64,000 nucleotides of DNA from an uncultured Alphaproteobacteria bacterium (GCA_963770515.1 CAVYPW010000003.1:348025-412024), one strand, 5' to 3'; counted from the first letter of the stretch, positions 38,303 through 48,432 are shown. A program made the numbers and translations. The notes: generated by a model not told the origin, from the sequence alone.

Positions 38303-38911
38303 ATGCTCTCTCTCGTTCGCGCGATGTCTCGATTGGCGACTGCGCTTTTATTCACGGTCCCGATGCTGGCCGGCGCATCACCGGCTTCCGCCACGCAGGG
38401 TCTTGCCACTCACAAGAAGGTCTACCTGCTGCGCGGTCTGACCAACGTTCTGTCGCCGGGGCTCGACCAGCTCAACGAGGATCTTCAGCGTCGAAACATC
38501 GACGTCACGATCGCCAATCATGCATTTTCGGACTCGCTGGCGCTCGATGCCATCGATGGCTGCAAGAGCGGGCGGATCGGCTCCATCGTGCTGGTCGGCC
38601 ATTCGCTTGGCGCTAGCGCAGCCGTCAGCATGGCCGAACAATTGCAAAGGGCCGGCCTTCACGTCGCGTTGATCGTGACGATCGACCCCGTCGTCAAAGT
38701 CGTCGTCCCGAATAACGTCCGCACCTTGAGGAATTTCTATCTCTCCAGCGGTGTCGGAACCGCAGTAGAGCCCAGCGGACACTTCCACGGAACGCTGCAA
38801 AACGTCGATATGGGAAAAACCGAGTACGGACACGTCTCCCTGACAACGGCGCCGGCGATCCAGAACCAGGCGATGCGGGATATCCTCGCCGCCAATTCGA
38901 GCTGCCGCTGA
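38303..38911 (+). CDS. Small secreted alpha/beta hydrolase-fold protein
   Basis: Signal peptide, LLRGL oxyanion-like motif, GHSLG nucleophile elbow, IDP and C-terminal GHV. Confidence 0.7.
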   Translation: MLSLVRAMSRLATALLFTVPMLAGASPASATQGLATHKKVYLLRGLTNVLSPGLDQLNEDLQRRNIDVTIANHAFSDSLALDAIDGCKSGRIGSIVLVGHSLGASAAVSMAEQLQRAGLHVALIVTIDPVVKVVVPNNVRTLRNFYLSSGVGTAVEPSGHFHGTLQNVDMGKTEYGHVSLTTAPAIQNQAMRDILAANSSCR

Positions 38912-39043
38912 TATTTGGCCCCCTTAAAGGGTCCGTCACCGGCCGCCGTCACCATCAAGGTCTTCGTTCCCTTGGTGAGGCCCTTGCCCCCGTCACAACC
39001 AGCTAAAATTTTATCCCGTTAGATTTGCTGGCATTTTCCTGCC

Positions 39044-39078
39044 AATTGTTTCGTCGCGGCGTCCCCGACGAAACAATT
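39044..39078. promoter_or_regulatory. Perfect 13-bp inverted repeat upstream of the ECF sigma gene
   Basis: AATTGTTTCGTCG-N9-CGACGAAACAATT; further GAAAC boxes at 39090 and 39123. Confidence 0.6.
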
Positions 39079-39187
39079 CTCCCGGCCATGAAACCATTTT
39101 CCCCTTTTCTCGCAGACGTCCCGAAACCTTGGCTGACTACCAAAGAGGGTAACGAAGGCCGCCACAGGGCGACACTGGGAGACTGTC

Positions 39188-39799
39188 ATGCAGAACGTCG
39201 TAGCCATCAATGCCGCAGCTTGCCAAGGCATCATTGCCGCTCAGGCGACGTCCGACGAAGCGCTGCTTGAGAGCATTGCCGAGGGCGGCCGCCACGCGAT
39301 GCATATTCTCTATTCGCGCCACCATGTGCGGGTTTACCGGTTTATCCTGCGGATGGTGCGCGACGCCACGACGGCCGAGGATTTGACCAGTCAGGTTTTC
39401 CTCGACGTGTGGCGTACGGCAAGCCAATTCCAGGGGCGTTCTCAGGTCTCCACCTGGCTTCTGTCGATTGCCCGCTTCAAGGCCCTGACGGCTTTGCGGC
39501 AGCGGCGGCACGAGGACATCGATCAGGAGGAGATCCTGGAGATCGCCGACGGCGCGGAGACGCCGGAAGCCTGTCTCGACCGCAGTTCAACGAGCGCGAT
39601 CCTGCGCGCCTGCGTCGCCCAACTGTCGCCGGCGCATCGAGAAATCATCAACCTCGTCTATTACCATGAGAAGTCGGTGGAGGAGGCCGGTCTTATCATC
39701 GGCATTCCCCAGAGCACGGTGAAGACCCGGATGTTCTATGCGCGCAAACAGCTCGCCGACCTGCTCAAGGTCGCCGGAATCGAGGGCCTGGCCGCCTGA
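39188..39799 (+). CDS. ECF sigma-70 family factor (possibly EcfQ/ECF33-like)
   Basis: SDEALL, AEDLTSQVFLDVW, STWLLSIAR (region 2), LSPAHREII, GIPQSTVKTRMFYAR (region 4.2). Confidence 0.9.
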   Translation: MQNVVAINAAACQGIIAAQATSDEALLESIAEGGRHAMHILYSRHHVRVYRFILRMVRDATTAEDLTSQVFLDVWRTASQFQGRSQVSTWLLSIARFKALTALRQRRHEDIDQEEILEIADGAETPEACLDRSSTSAILRACVAQLSPAHREIINLVYYHEKSVEEAGLIIGIPQSTVKTRMFYARKQLADLLKVAGIEGLAA

Positions 39800-39868
39800 A
39801 CCGATAGTACCCTCGTAACATTCGACATGATAGAATTCACACCACTGTAGTGGCGATGGATTCTTGTC

Positions 39869-41279
39869 ATGTTCGAAAGCTGGGATGCCGTGGGCTTGGC
39901 CCGGGCGCAGTTCGCATTCACGATGTCGTTTCACATCGTGTTCCCGGCTTTCTCGATCGGATTGGCCAGCTACCTCGCTGTTCTCGAAGCGCTGTGGTTG
40001 TGGACCGGGCGCGAAGTCTTCCTCAACCTGTTCAATTACTGGCTGAAGATTTTCGCCGTTGCCTTCGGCATGGGCGTGGTGTCGGGCATCGTGATGTCCT
40101 ACCAGTTCGGCACCAACTGGTCGGTCTTCTCCGACAAGACCGGCCCGGTGATCGGCCCGCTGATGGCCTATGAGGTGCTGACCGCCTTCTTCCTCGAAGC
40201 CGGATTCCTTGGCGTCATGCTGTTCGGCCTCGAACGGGTGGGCCATCGCCTGCACTTTCTCGCGACCCTGATGGTGGCGATCGGGACTTTGATCTCGGCC
40301 TTCTGGATCCTCTCCGCCAATTCCTGGATGCAAACGCCGGCCGGCTACGCCGTCAACGCCGATGGACAGTTCGTCCCCGCCGACTGGCTAAAGCTGATTT
40401 TCAACCCGTCGTTTCCCTATCGCCTCGTGCATATGGTGCTCGCAGCCTATCTCACCACCGCGCTGGTCGTCAGCGCCGTCGGCGCCTTTCATCTCTGGCG
40501 CGATTCCCATCAGGCGGGCGCCCGCGTGATGTTTTCGATGGCGATGTGGATGGCGACGCTGGTCGGACCGATCCAGATTCTCGCCGGCGATCAGCATGGC
40601 CTCAATACGCTGGAGCATCAGCCGGCCAAGGTGATGGCGATGGAAGGCCATTACCAAAGCCACAAGGACGGCGCGCCGCTGATCCTGTTCGGACTACCCG
40701 ATCAACAAGCCGGCACGGTGCGCTATCCGATCGAAATCCCCAAGCTGAGCTCGCTGATCCTCAAACATGCGCTCGATGCGCCGCTCAACGGCCTCGACAC
40801 CGTTCCGCGGCAGGATTGGCCGCCGGTTCCGATCACGTTCTGGTCGTTCCGGATCATGGTCGGGCTGGGATTTCTGATCTTCGGCCTCGGCCTGCTGAGC
40901 CTTTGGGAACGCTGGCGCGGAAAGCTCTATGAGTTCGCGCCTGCTGCATGGATTTGCAGTCGCCATGGGACCGGCGGGCTTCGTGGCCGTGCTCGCCGGC
41001 TGGATCACCACCGAGACCGGGCGCCAGCCGTTCACGGTCTATGGGCTGCTGCGAACGGCGGATGCAGCCTCGCCATTGGCTGCGCCCGCGGTTTCCTCCT
41101 CGCTGATCGCCTTCGTGGTAGTCTATTTCGCCGTGTTCGCCGCCGGCGTGATCTATATCCTGCGCCTGATGGGCCATCCGCCGCTTCACGGCGAACAAGG
41201 CCCGCCAGGCGATATCCCGGCGCGCGCCGCAGGCATCACGCCCGCCGTTGCCGCGGTGGCGAAGGGAGAGGCCCCATGA
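39869..41279 (+). pseudogene. cydA: Cytochrome bd ubiquinol oxidase subunit I (short Q-loop, CioA-type), +1 frameshift near 40934 (probably a sequence error)
   Basis: FHIVF, GIVMSYQF, EAGFLG, HQPAKVMAMEG; KLYE joins SRLLHGFAV...GWITTETGRQPF after removing one T; stops at 41279 overlapping the cydB ATG. Confidence 0.9.
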
Positions 41280-42289
41280 GCGTGTCTTTCGATGTGGCAA
41301 CGATCTGGGCGTTCATCATCGCGTTTGCGGTCTTCGTCTATGTAGTGATGGACGGCTTTGACCTCGGGCTTGGCATTCTGTTTCCGCTTTTTCCTGAAAA
41401 ATCAGATCGCGACGTCATCATGAACAGCGTCGCGCCGGTATGGGACGGCAACGAGACCTGGCTCGTGCTGGGCGGCGGCGGCCTGATGGCCGCCTTTCCG
41501 CTCGCTTATGCGGTTTTGATGCCGGCCCTCTATACGCCCGTGATTGCGATGTTGATCGGTCTCGTCTTTCGCGGAGTCGCTTTCGAATTTCGCTGGCGCA
41601 CGACACGGGTCGAGCGAAACCGCTGGGATCTCGCCTTCGCCGGCGGATCGTCGTTGGCGGCGCTGGCGCAAGGGGTCGCGCTCGGCGCCATCCTGCAAGG
41701 CATTCACGTCGAGGGACGACACTATGCCGGCGGGTGGTGGGACTGGCTGACGCCGTTCACCGTTCTGACCGGCATTTCGCTGGTCGCCGGCTACGCGCTG
41801 CTCGGCGCCACCTGGCTGGTGATGAAGACCGAGGGCGGCCTCCGCGACAAGGCCTATCGCCTGAGCTGGTTATTGCTGGTCGCCATGCTGGGCGCGATCG
41901 GGGCGGTCAGCATCGCCACGCCATTTCTTCATGTGCAATATGCGCAGCGCTGGTTCACCTGGCCGAACCTGATCCTGACCGCGCCGGTGCCGATCGCGGT
42001 CGCCGCCGTCACCATCATGCTGCTGCGCAGCCTCGCCGCAAGGCAGGATTATCGGCCGTTTTTCCTGTCGCTTGCTTTATTTGCGCTGTCCTATGCCGGC
42101 CTCGGCATCAGCATGTATCCGTATATCGTGCCGCAAAGCATCACCATCTGGCAGGCGGCGTCGCCGGAGCGCAGCCAGATCTTCATGCTGTTTGGCGTCG
42201 CGGTGCTGGTGCCGCTGATCCTTGGCTACACCGCCTGGGCCTATTGGGTCTTCCGCGGCAAGGTCAAACCCGAAAGCGGCTATCATTGA
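41276..42289 (+). CDS. cydB: Cytochrome bd ubiquinol oxidase subunit II
   Basis: YVVMDGFDLGLG, PVWDGNETWLV, FRGVAFEFR; ATGA overlap with cydA. Confidence 0.93.
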   Translation: MSVSFDVATIWAFIIAFAVFVYVVMDGFDLGLGILFPLFPEKSDRDVIMNSVAPVWDGNETWLVLGGGGLMAAFPLAYAVLMPALYTPVIAMLIGLVFRGVAFEFRWRTTRVERNRWDLAFAGGSSLAALAQGVALGAILQGIHVEGRHYAGGWWDWLTPFTVLTGISLVAGYALLGATWLVMKTEGGLRDKAYRLSWLLLVAMLGAIGAVSIATPFLHVQYAQRWFTWPNLILTAPVPIAVAAVTIMLLRSLAARQDYRPFFLSLALFALSYAGLGISMYPYIVPQSITIWQAASPERSQIFMLFGVAVLVPLILGYTAWAYWVFRGKVKPESGYH

Positions 42290-42417
42290 TGACTGCCAAA
42301 CCCCAGGCACGGCCACTCGCCCAACGTCTGGCATGGTTTGCCATGCTCTGGCTCGGTGGCGTCGGCACGGTGGCGTCCGTGTCGCTGATCATAAGGCTCT
42401 GGATCGCACCGCATTGA
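42289..42417 (+). CDS. DUF2474-like small membrane protein (probable bd oxidase accessory), 42 aa
   Basis: MTAKPQARPLAQRLAWFAMLWLGGVGTVASVSLIIRLWIAPH; TGATG coupling to cydB. Below the ORF-track length cutoff. Confidence 0.75.
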   Translation: MTAKPQARPLAQRLAWFAMLWLGGVGTVASVSLIIRLWIAPH

Positions 42418-42454
42418 AAAGCTTTTGAAAACCGCCGCACCGCCTGTAAAAGGG

Positions 42455-42621
42455 CTAGTATCGCCGATCTGAAGTCCCTGCACTGCAAAGGGCGAGTTCT
42501 TCCCAGGTACTTCAGATCGAAAGCGATACTAGAAACATAAATTTGCTAGTGCCCTTTGCTTTCCGAAATTCGCGTAAGAGGTTGCCGCGATGTCTCACGA
42601 ATTTCGGAAAGAGGGCACTAG
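42455..42621. repeat. Inverted pair of CTAG-ended hairpin elements (42455..42532 and 42546..42621)
   Basis: Each has a 10-bp outer stem, a 3-nt bulge, an inner stem and a loop; same architecture as 59943..60104. Confidence 0.8.
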
Positions 42622-42719
42622 GGATCAGAGCCACGGCTTGCCATCATCCGGCCCCTGAGATTTGATGGGAACGGCCTTGGCAAACGCCGCCGAATGGCCA
42701 AGCGACGGGAGAAGCCAGA

Positions 42720-43313
42720 ATGACAAAATTGCGTCACCTGATCTGCATGACAATGGCGGCGGCAGGCCTGATGCTTTCGGGCTCGCACGGTTTTGCGCAA
42801 CAGCGCGACCAGGGCGACCAACCCGGCCTGATCGCCGACGACAGCTACGAGCTCGATCCGGAGTGGCAAAAGCAGATGGTGTATTTCCGCACCACCGAGC
42901 CACCGGGCACCATCATCATTTCGACCGCCGAACGGCATCTCTATCTGGTCCAGCCCGGCGGCCGTGCGCTTCGTTATGGAATCGGCGTCGGCCGCGATGG
43001 ATTCCAGTGGCAAGGGCTGTTGAGTATTGCCCGCAAGGCCGAGTGGCCGGACTGGGTGCCGCCGCCGGAAATGATCGAGCGCCAACCCTATCTGCCGCGT
43101 TTCATGGCCGGCGGACCCGGCAATCCGCTTGGCGCCCGCGCGATGTATCTCGGCACCACCGTCTATCGCATTCACGGCACCAACCGGCCGGATACGATCG
43201 GCACCAAGGTTTCCTCCGGTTGTTTCCGCCTGGTCAATTCCGACGTCGCCGATCTCTATGACCGCGTGCCGGTGGGCACCAAGGTCGTGGTGCGGCAGAA
43301 GCCGGAACTGTAA
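42720..43313 (+). CDS. L,D-transpeptidase (ErfK/YbiS/YcfS/YnhG family)
   Basis: GTIIIST.ERHLY, GGPGNPLGARAMYL, RIHGT and SSGCFRL catalytic HxxxC motif. Confidence 0.93.
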   Translation: MTKLRHLICMTMAAAGLMLSGSHGFAQQRDQGDQPGLIADDSYELDPEWQKQMVYFRTTEPPGTIIISTAERHLYLVQPGGRALRYGIGVGRDGFQWQGLLSIARKAEWPDWVPPPEMIERQPYLPRFMAGGPGNPLGARAMYLGTTVYRIHGTNRPDTIGTKVSSGCFRLVNSDVADLYDRVPVGTKVVVRQKPEL

Positions 43314-43367
43314 CCGCGGTCTATTTTTAAACCATTTCAACTTCCCGACCGGGGCGAGGGACAGATC

Positions 43368-44405
43368 ATGCGGACATTCCGAGGCGGCCTGCTGATTGGG
43401 CTGGCGGTCGCAGTTGCGGTCGCGGCCGTTGCCGCCGCCTACGAGTTCTACGACACGCGCACGCTGAAGCGGACGGTTCGTCGCGGAGAGGTCTTGTGCG
43501 GCGTCAACAGGGGTCTGCCCGGCTTCTCGATTCCTGACGACAAAGGCAACTGGACCGGCTTCGACGTCGACTTCTGTCGCGCGGTCGCTGCCGCCATCTT
43601 CGACGATCCGACCAAGGCGAAGTTCATCCCGCTCGACGCCAATGAGCGCTTTCGCGAACTGCAAAATCGCAAGGTGGATATTCTGTCGCGCAACTCGACC
43701 TGGAGCATGTCGCGCGAGACCTCCTACGACCTCTATTTCCCGGCTGTCGCCTATTACGACGGCCAGGGCTTCATGCTGCCCCGCGCGCGCAACATCGATT
43801 CGGCGCTCGACCTCAACGGCAGCAAGGTTTGCGTGCAGGACGGCACCACGACGGTGCTGAACCTTGCCGACTACTTCCGCGCCAACAACATGAAATATGA
43901 GGAGAAAAAGTTCGGCAAACTGGAAGATGTCGTCAAGGCCTATGAATCCGGCCAGTGCGATACGCTGACCGCCGACGTGTCCCAGCTTTATGCGCTGCGG
44001 CTCAATCTCGCCAAACCGGTCGACCATACCATCCTGCCCGACGTGATCTCCAAGGAGCCGCTGGCACCCGTGGTGCGAGAGCGAGACGACGACTGGATGC
44101 TGATCGTGAAGTGGACGCTTTACGCGATGATCAATGCCGAGGAGCTCGGCGTAACCTCCAAGAATATCGACGAAGCGCTCAAGTCCAAGAAGCCCGACGT
44201 GATGCGGCTGGTCGGCACCGAGGGCAACTACGGAGAGGAACTTGGGCTGACCAAGGACTGGGCGGTCCGCGTCATACGGCATGTCGGCAATTACGGCGAG
44301 GTCTATGAACGAAATGTCGGCTCGGAATCCAAGCTGAAGATTCCGCGCGGCCTCAACCAGCTCTGGAGCGCCGGCGGCATTCAATACGCGCCGCCGATCA
44401 GGTAG
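43368..44405 (+). CDS. AapJ/BztA-like amino-acid ABC substrate-binding protein (no adjacent permeases)
   Basis: LCGVN.GLPGFS, GFDVDFCRAVAAA, YYDGQGF, ISKEPL, VGNYGE.YERN, GLNQLW..GGIQYAPPIR. Confidence 0.9.
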   Translation: MRTFRGGLLIGLAVAVAVAAVAAAYEFYDTRTLKRTVRRGEVLCGVNRGLPGFSIPDDKGNWTGFDVDFCRAVAAAIFDDPTKAKFIPLDANERFRELQNRKVDILSRNSTWSMSRETSYDLYFPAVAYYDGQGFMLPRARNIDSALDLNGSKVCVQDGTTTVLNLADYFRANNMKYEEKKFGKLEDVVKAYESGQCDTLTADVSQLYALRLNLAKPVDHTILPDVISKEPLAPVVRERDDDWMLIVKWTLYAMINAEELGVTSKNIDEALKSKKPDVMRLVGTEGNYGEELGLTKDWAVRVIRHVGNYGEVYERNVGSESKLKIPRGLNQLWSAGGIQYAPPIR

Positions 44406-44413
44406 ACGCCATT

Positions 44414-44592
44414 CCTCATCCTGAGGAGCGCGCGCATCCGAACAGGCCGAGCGGCAGCGAGGCCGTTGTGTATGGTGCAAAATGAAGCGCGCGCCTCGAA
44501 GGATGAGGCGATCAATCTAGCCTCGTGGTTCTCCCGGCGATACGAATGTATCGTCCGGAAACGCCGCCCAAACGCGGCTCCTCACCATGAGG
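44414..44592. repeat. REP element (CCTCATxxTGAGGAG family)
   Basis: cctcatcctgaggag...ctcctcaccatgagg; related to 23818 and 54514. Confidence 0.8.
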
Positions 44593-44627
44593 AGTAGCGC
44601 TAACAAAAAAACAAAGAGGAAACGAAG

Positions 44628-45173
44628 ATGCGGCTGAAATTGCTCTCGCCCGAGGAAATGAGCGCAGACCAAAAAGCGACTTATGACGAAGCGATCGCCG
44701 GCAAGCGCGGCAGGCCACCGGCGCCGATGATGGCCTGGCTCAACAGTCCGGAGATGGCGCGTCACGCCACACGGCTGGGCGAGGTGCTGCGTTTCAACAC
44801 GATGTTTCCAGCCAAATTGTCCGAGATCGCGATCCTCGTCACCGCGCGGCACTGGACCTCGCATTACGAGTGGTTCGCCCACAAGCGCCTCGCGCTTCAG
44901 GGCGGTATGGACCCCAGGATCGCCGACGACATTCGCGATCGCCGCACGCCCACATTCGACGATCCCCAGGCGAAGATGATCTACGATGTCGCGAAATCGC
45001 TGCACGAAGGCCACGGACTGTCCCAGTCGCTTTATGACGAGGCCGTCGCGGTGCTCTCCGAGCGCGGGGTCGTCGAGGTCATCGGCCTCTGTGGCTACTA
45101 CACCATGGTCTCCATGACGCTGAACACCTTCGAGTTTGGCCTGCCCGATGGGCAGGTGTCAGAACTTGCATGA
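44628..45173 (+). CDS. Carboxymuconolactone decarboxylase family protein
   Basis: EIAILVTARHW...YEWFAH and GYYTMVSMTLN typical of this CMD subgroup; no CxxC. Confidence 0.82.
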   Translation: MRLKLLSPEEMSADQKATYDEAIAGKRGRPPAPMMAWLNSPEMARHATRLGEVLRFNTMFPAKLSEIAILVTARHWTSHYEWFAHKRLALQGGMDPRIADDIRDRRTPTFDDPQAKMIYDVAKSLHEGHGLSQSLYDEAVAVLSERGVVEVIGLCGYYTMVSMTLNTFEFGLPDGQVSELA

Positions 45174-45218
45174 GCTTTGGCCGCGCCTAGATGCTAGTTA
45201 TTGCGCAGAGGAGCAGTC

Positions 45219-45713
45219 ATGCCACCAAATCCGCCCATCATCGCCGGCACCCGGATCGGCCACGTTCATCTCAAGGTCGCCGATCTCGAGCGCGCGCTGG
45301 GCTTTTACTGTGGCGTTCTCGGCTTCGAGCTGATGCAACGCTATGGCACCGATGCCGCCTTCATCTCGGCGGGCGGCTATCACCATCACATCGGGCTGAA
45401 CACCTGGGAAAGCAAAGGCGGCCATCCGCCTGCGCCGGGAACGACCGGGCTCTTTCATACCGCGATCCTCTATCCAACCCGGGCGGCGCTGGCGGATGCG
45501 TTACATCGCGTCACCAGCGCCGGCATTCCGCTCGACGGCGCCAGCGACCACGGCGTGAGCCAGGCGCTTTATCTGCGTGACCCGGACGAAAACGGCGTCG
45601 AGCTTTATTGGGACCGGCCACAGGCCGAATGGCCGCGTACGGCTGACGGGACGCTGGCGATGTTCACGCGGCGGCTCGACGTCGAGGATCTGATGCGGCA
45701 ACGCGTGGCGTAA
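45219..45713 (+). CDS. VOC/glyoxalase family protein (CatE N-terminal-like)
   Basis: IGHVHLKV, GGYHHHIGLNTW, GLFHTAILYP, DHGVSQALYLRDPDENGVELY. Confidence 0.88.
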   Translation: MPPNPPIIAGTRIGHVHLKVADLERALGFYCGVLGFELMQRYGTDAAFISAGGYHHHIGLNTWESKGGHPPAPGTTGLFHTAILYPTRAALADALHRVTSAGIPLDGASDHGVSQALYLRDPDENGVELYWDRPQAEWPRTADGTLAMFTRRLDVEDLMRQRVA

Positions 45714-45752
45714 CCTTGGCTCATGTAGCCTTGCCCCGCCAGCTTTGGCCTG

Positions 45753-46972
45753 TCACGCCAACTTTCCGCGGATCATGACCAGAGCGGCCGCGGCCAATTC
45801 CAGCGCAATGCAACCGTAAAACGGCAGCGTATAGGATCCCGAGAGGTCGCGTAGCGCGCCGATTACGCCCGGGCCGAGGGCATAGGTCACCTGGGTGATC
45901 GCGGTGAGCAGGCTGATCAGCACGCCGAACGAGCGCGCCTCGAACTCGCGCTGGACAATCAGCGACGGCAGCGTGATCAGGTTGCCCACCGAAAACCCAA
46001 AGACGGCGCAGGCCGCGATCAGCGCCATATCGTTATTGAAATTGATAATGACCACGAGCGCCAGCGCCTGGCTCACAAAGGAAAGCGCCGAGGCGAGCCG
46101 CTGATTCAGTTGGTCGATCACGGTCGAGAACAGCACTCGACCAACCACCGCCATCGCCGTCAGCATCGCGATTGCCACGGTTGCGCTGCTGCGCCCGATC
46201 ACGGGATCAAGGAACGCGATCAGGTGAACGATGAAACCAACCTGCGCGAACAGCACCAGCGCGAATGCGATGGATACCGACAGGAAACCGACATCGCGCA
46301 AAGCGCGAGCACGGATTTCCGACGACGATGACGCATCGTCGACCGCGGCAGGCCCGGTACTCGCACGCGATGGCGGCGGCCCGACGAACAGCAACACCAC
46401 GGGCATCACCAAGACAATCATGACGGCGGCCGCCATCATCATCGCATGCGGAAAACCAAACCGGCCGATCGCGATCACCAGCAGCGGAACGCCGGCAATG
46501 CCGCCGAAGCTCGCACCGTTCAGAGCGAGGCTGATCGCCATGCCGCGCTTTCGATCGAACCAGAGGCCAAGCGTATTGCTGATCATCGCCAGACTGGTGC
46601 CCGCCAGCCGACGGCGAGTACAGCATTGGCGAGATAAAGCTGCCAGGGTTGGCTGACCTGACCCATGAGGATTACCGCGACCGCCATCGCGCTTGTGCCC
46701 GCCAGGAGGCAATTGCGCGGACCGAATCTTTTGACGGTTTCCGCGACAAAGACGACGAGCAACGCCCCGAACAAATAGAAGGAAGTCGTCGCGGCCGAAA
46801 TCAGCGACGCCGGCCAGCCATGCTGCCGGTGCAGTTCGGCCAGATAAACGCTCTGGCCATAAAAGCCGAACGCCCAGCCGAAAGTCGCGACCACAAAGCA
46901 CACCGCAACGATCCGCCACCCGTCATAGCGGATGGAGCTTTCGTCGATCGAATATGAAGCTGCTGCGTTCAA
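45753..46972 (-). pseudogene. MFS transporter (OFA-like), -1 frameshift near 46604 (probably a sequence error)
   Basis: TTG start after GGGAG; GWRIV..CF; LAVGW joins AGTSLAMISNTLGLWFDRKRGMA after restoring one G. Confidence 0.8.
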
Positions 46973-47102
46973 ACAATGATCTCCCGATCTCACGGGAAAC
47001 CAGATAGGCCGGGGCTCGCGCCGGGCCAAGCCACTTATTTCGATCTGGATCGAAGTGTCAGCAGTTGGCATCAGCCTGTGATTTTGGGCGGAAGTTGCGA
47101 GC

Positions 47103-48317
47103 CTAAGGCAGCGCCGCTCGTCGCTTCATCAACGAAACGAGCAACAGCACCGTGATGCCCAAAAGCACAGGCGGAAAAACCACCCAATTGACCGCGGTCC
47201 AGCCGTAATTCGCCAGCAACTGGCCGGAAGAGAACGACCCCACCGCCATCATGCCGAACACCAGAAAATCGTTGAAGGCCTGTACTTTATTGCGCTCTTC
47301 GGGCCGGTGCGTTTCCAGCACCAGCGCGGAGGCGCCGACAAAGCCGAAATTCCAGCCGAGGCCGAGCACGATCAGTGTCGACCAGAAATGCATCGCCGTC
47401 ATGCCGGAGAGGCCGATGATGGCGCCACACGCCTCCAGTAAAAGCCCTGCTGCCACAACCCTGGGCGCGCCAAACCGAGCGATCAATGCCCCGGTGAAGA
47501 AGCTCGGCCCATACATCGCCACGATGTGCCACTGAATGCCGAAATTGGAATCGCTCAGGCTCAGGCCACACATTTTCATCGCCAGCGGCGCCGACGTCAT
47601 TACCAGATTCATCGTCGGATAGGCGATGACGCCGCAAAGCGCCGCCGCGATGAAGCGCGGCTGCCGCACGATCTCGAACAGCGGACGGCCGCGATGCAGA
47701 TCGGCCGGCGCAGGTTTTGGCGCATCGACGCCGGCCAGAATAGCCATCGCCACCAGCGCCACCGCGGCCTGCACGATGAAGCTGAATGCGAATAGATAGG
47801 GCGACCAGACATCCATCGTCCATTGCACGAGCTGCGGGCCGAGGACGCCCGCGAACACGCCGCCTGCCATCACCCACGACACGGCCCTGGGGCGAAACGC
47901 CGCGCTGGCCCCGTCGGCGGCCGCGAAGCGATAGGACTGCGACACAGATCCATACAGCCCGCCGAGAAACGTTGCGCAGCAAAACAACACGAACGAGCCG
48001 CGCAGGATCGCCAACGCACCCAGCAGGCCTGTAAAGGTGCCACACGCCGTGCCGGCGATGAAAGCGACGCGGCGGCCATAGGCGCGCGAAATCAGCCCGG
48101 TCGGCAAGGTCCCCGCGGCGAGGCCCGCGACATACATCGAGATCGGCACAGTCGCGAGCGAGACATCAGGTCCGAGAGACGCGCCGACGATCGAACCGGT
48201 CGCAAAAATCACGGCCGAGTTCGCCCCCGTCAACGCCTGTGCAGCCGCCAACCGCGTGACATTGGCGCGGACGCGAACGTCATCCGTGCCGGCCGCGGCC
48301 GCGGTCATATCGATCAT
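47103..48317 (-). CDS. MFS transporter
   Basis: About 12 hydrophobic segments; YGRRVAF, SYRFAAAD, MTSAPLAM, QWHIVAMYGPSF, GWNFGFVGA. Confidence 0.88.
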   Translation of the reverse strand: MIDMTAAAAGTDDVRVRANVTRLAAAQALTGANSAVIFATGSIVGASLGPDVSLATVPISMYVAGLAAGTLPTGLISRAYGRRVAFIAGTACGTFTGLLGALAILRGSFVLFCCATFLGGLYGSVSQSYRFAAADGASAAFRPRAVSWVMAGGVFAGVLGPQLVQWTMDVWSPYLFAFSFIVQAAVALVAMAILAGVDAPKPAPADLHRGRPLFEIVRQPRFIAAALCGVIAYPTMNLVMTSAPLAMKMCGLSLSDSNFGIQWHIVAMYGPSFFTGALIARFGAPRVVAAGLLLEACGAIIGLSGMTAMHFWSTLIVLGLGWNFGFVGASALVLETHRPEERNKVQAFNDFLVFGMMAVGSFSSGQLLANYGWTAVNWVVFPPVLLGITVLLLVSLMKRRAALP

Positions 48318-48432
48318 TGGCTGTTTCCACCCCGAAAACGGCAAGGCGCCGCTGCAACATTGATAATTCGACGTACTATGCGTCACCGCGCCGATCAACC
48401 GGTGGAAACGAGCGCGCGCTATGCACGGCCGT

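Noticed and set aside
39869-42289. 806-aa ORF that looks like a CydA-CydB fusion
   Set aside because: The junction reads as nonsense. The true CydA C-terminus (GRQPF motif) is in another frame ending at 41279 with an ATGA overlap to cydB. A single extra T near 40934 creates the apparent fusion.
42618-44480. 620-aa minus-strand ORF, and similar long antisense ORFs such as 26699..28261, 3159..4304 and 13568..14548
   Set aside because: These are shadows of well-supported genes on the opposite strand; they have no motifs and are typical of high-GC codon bias.
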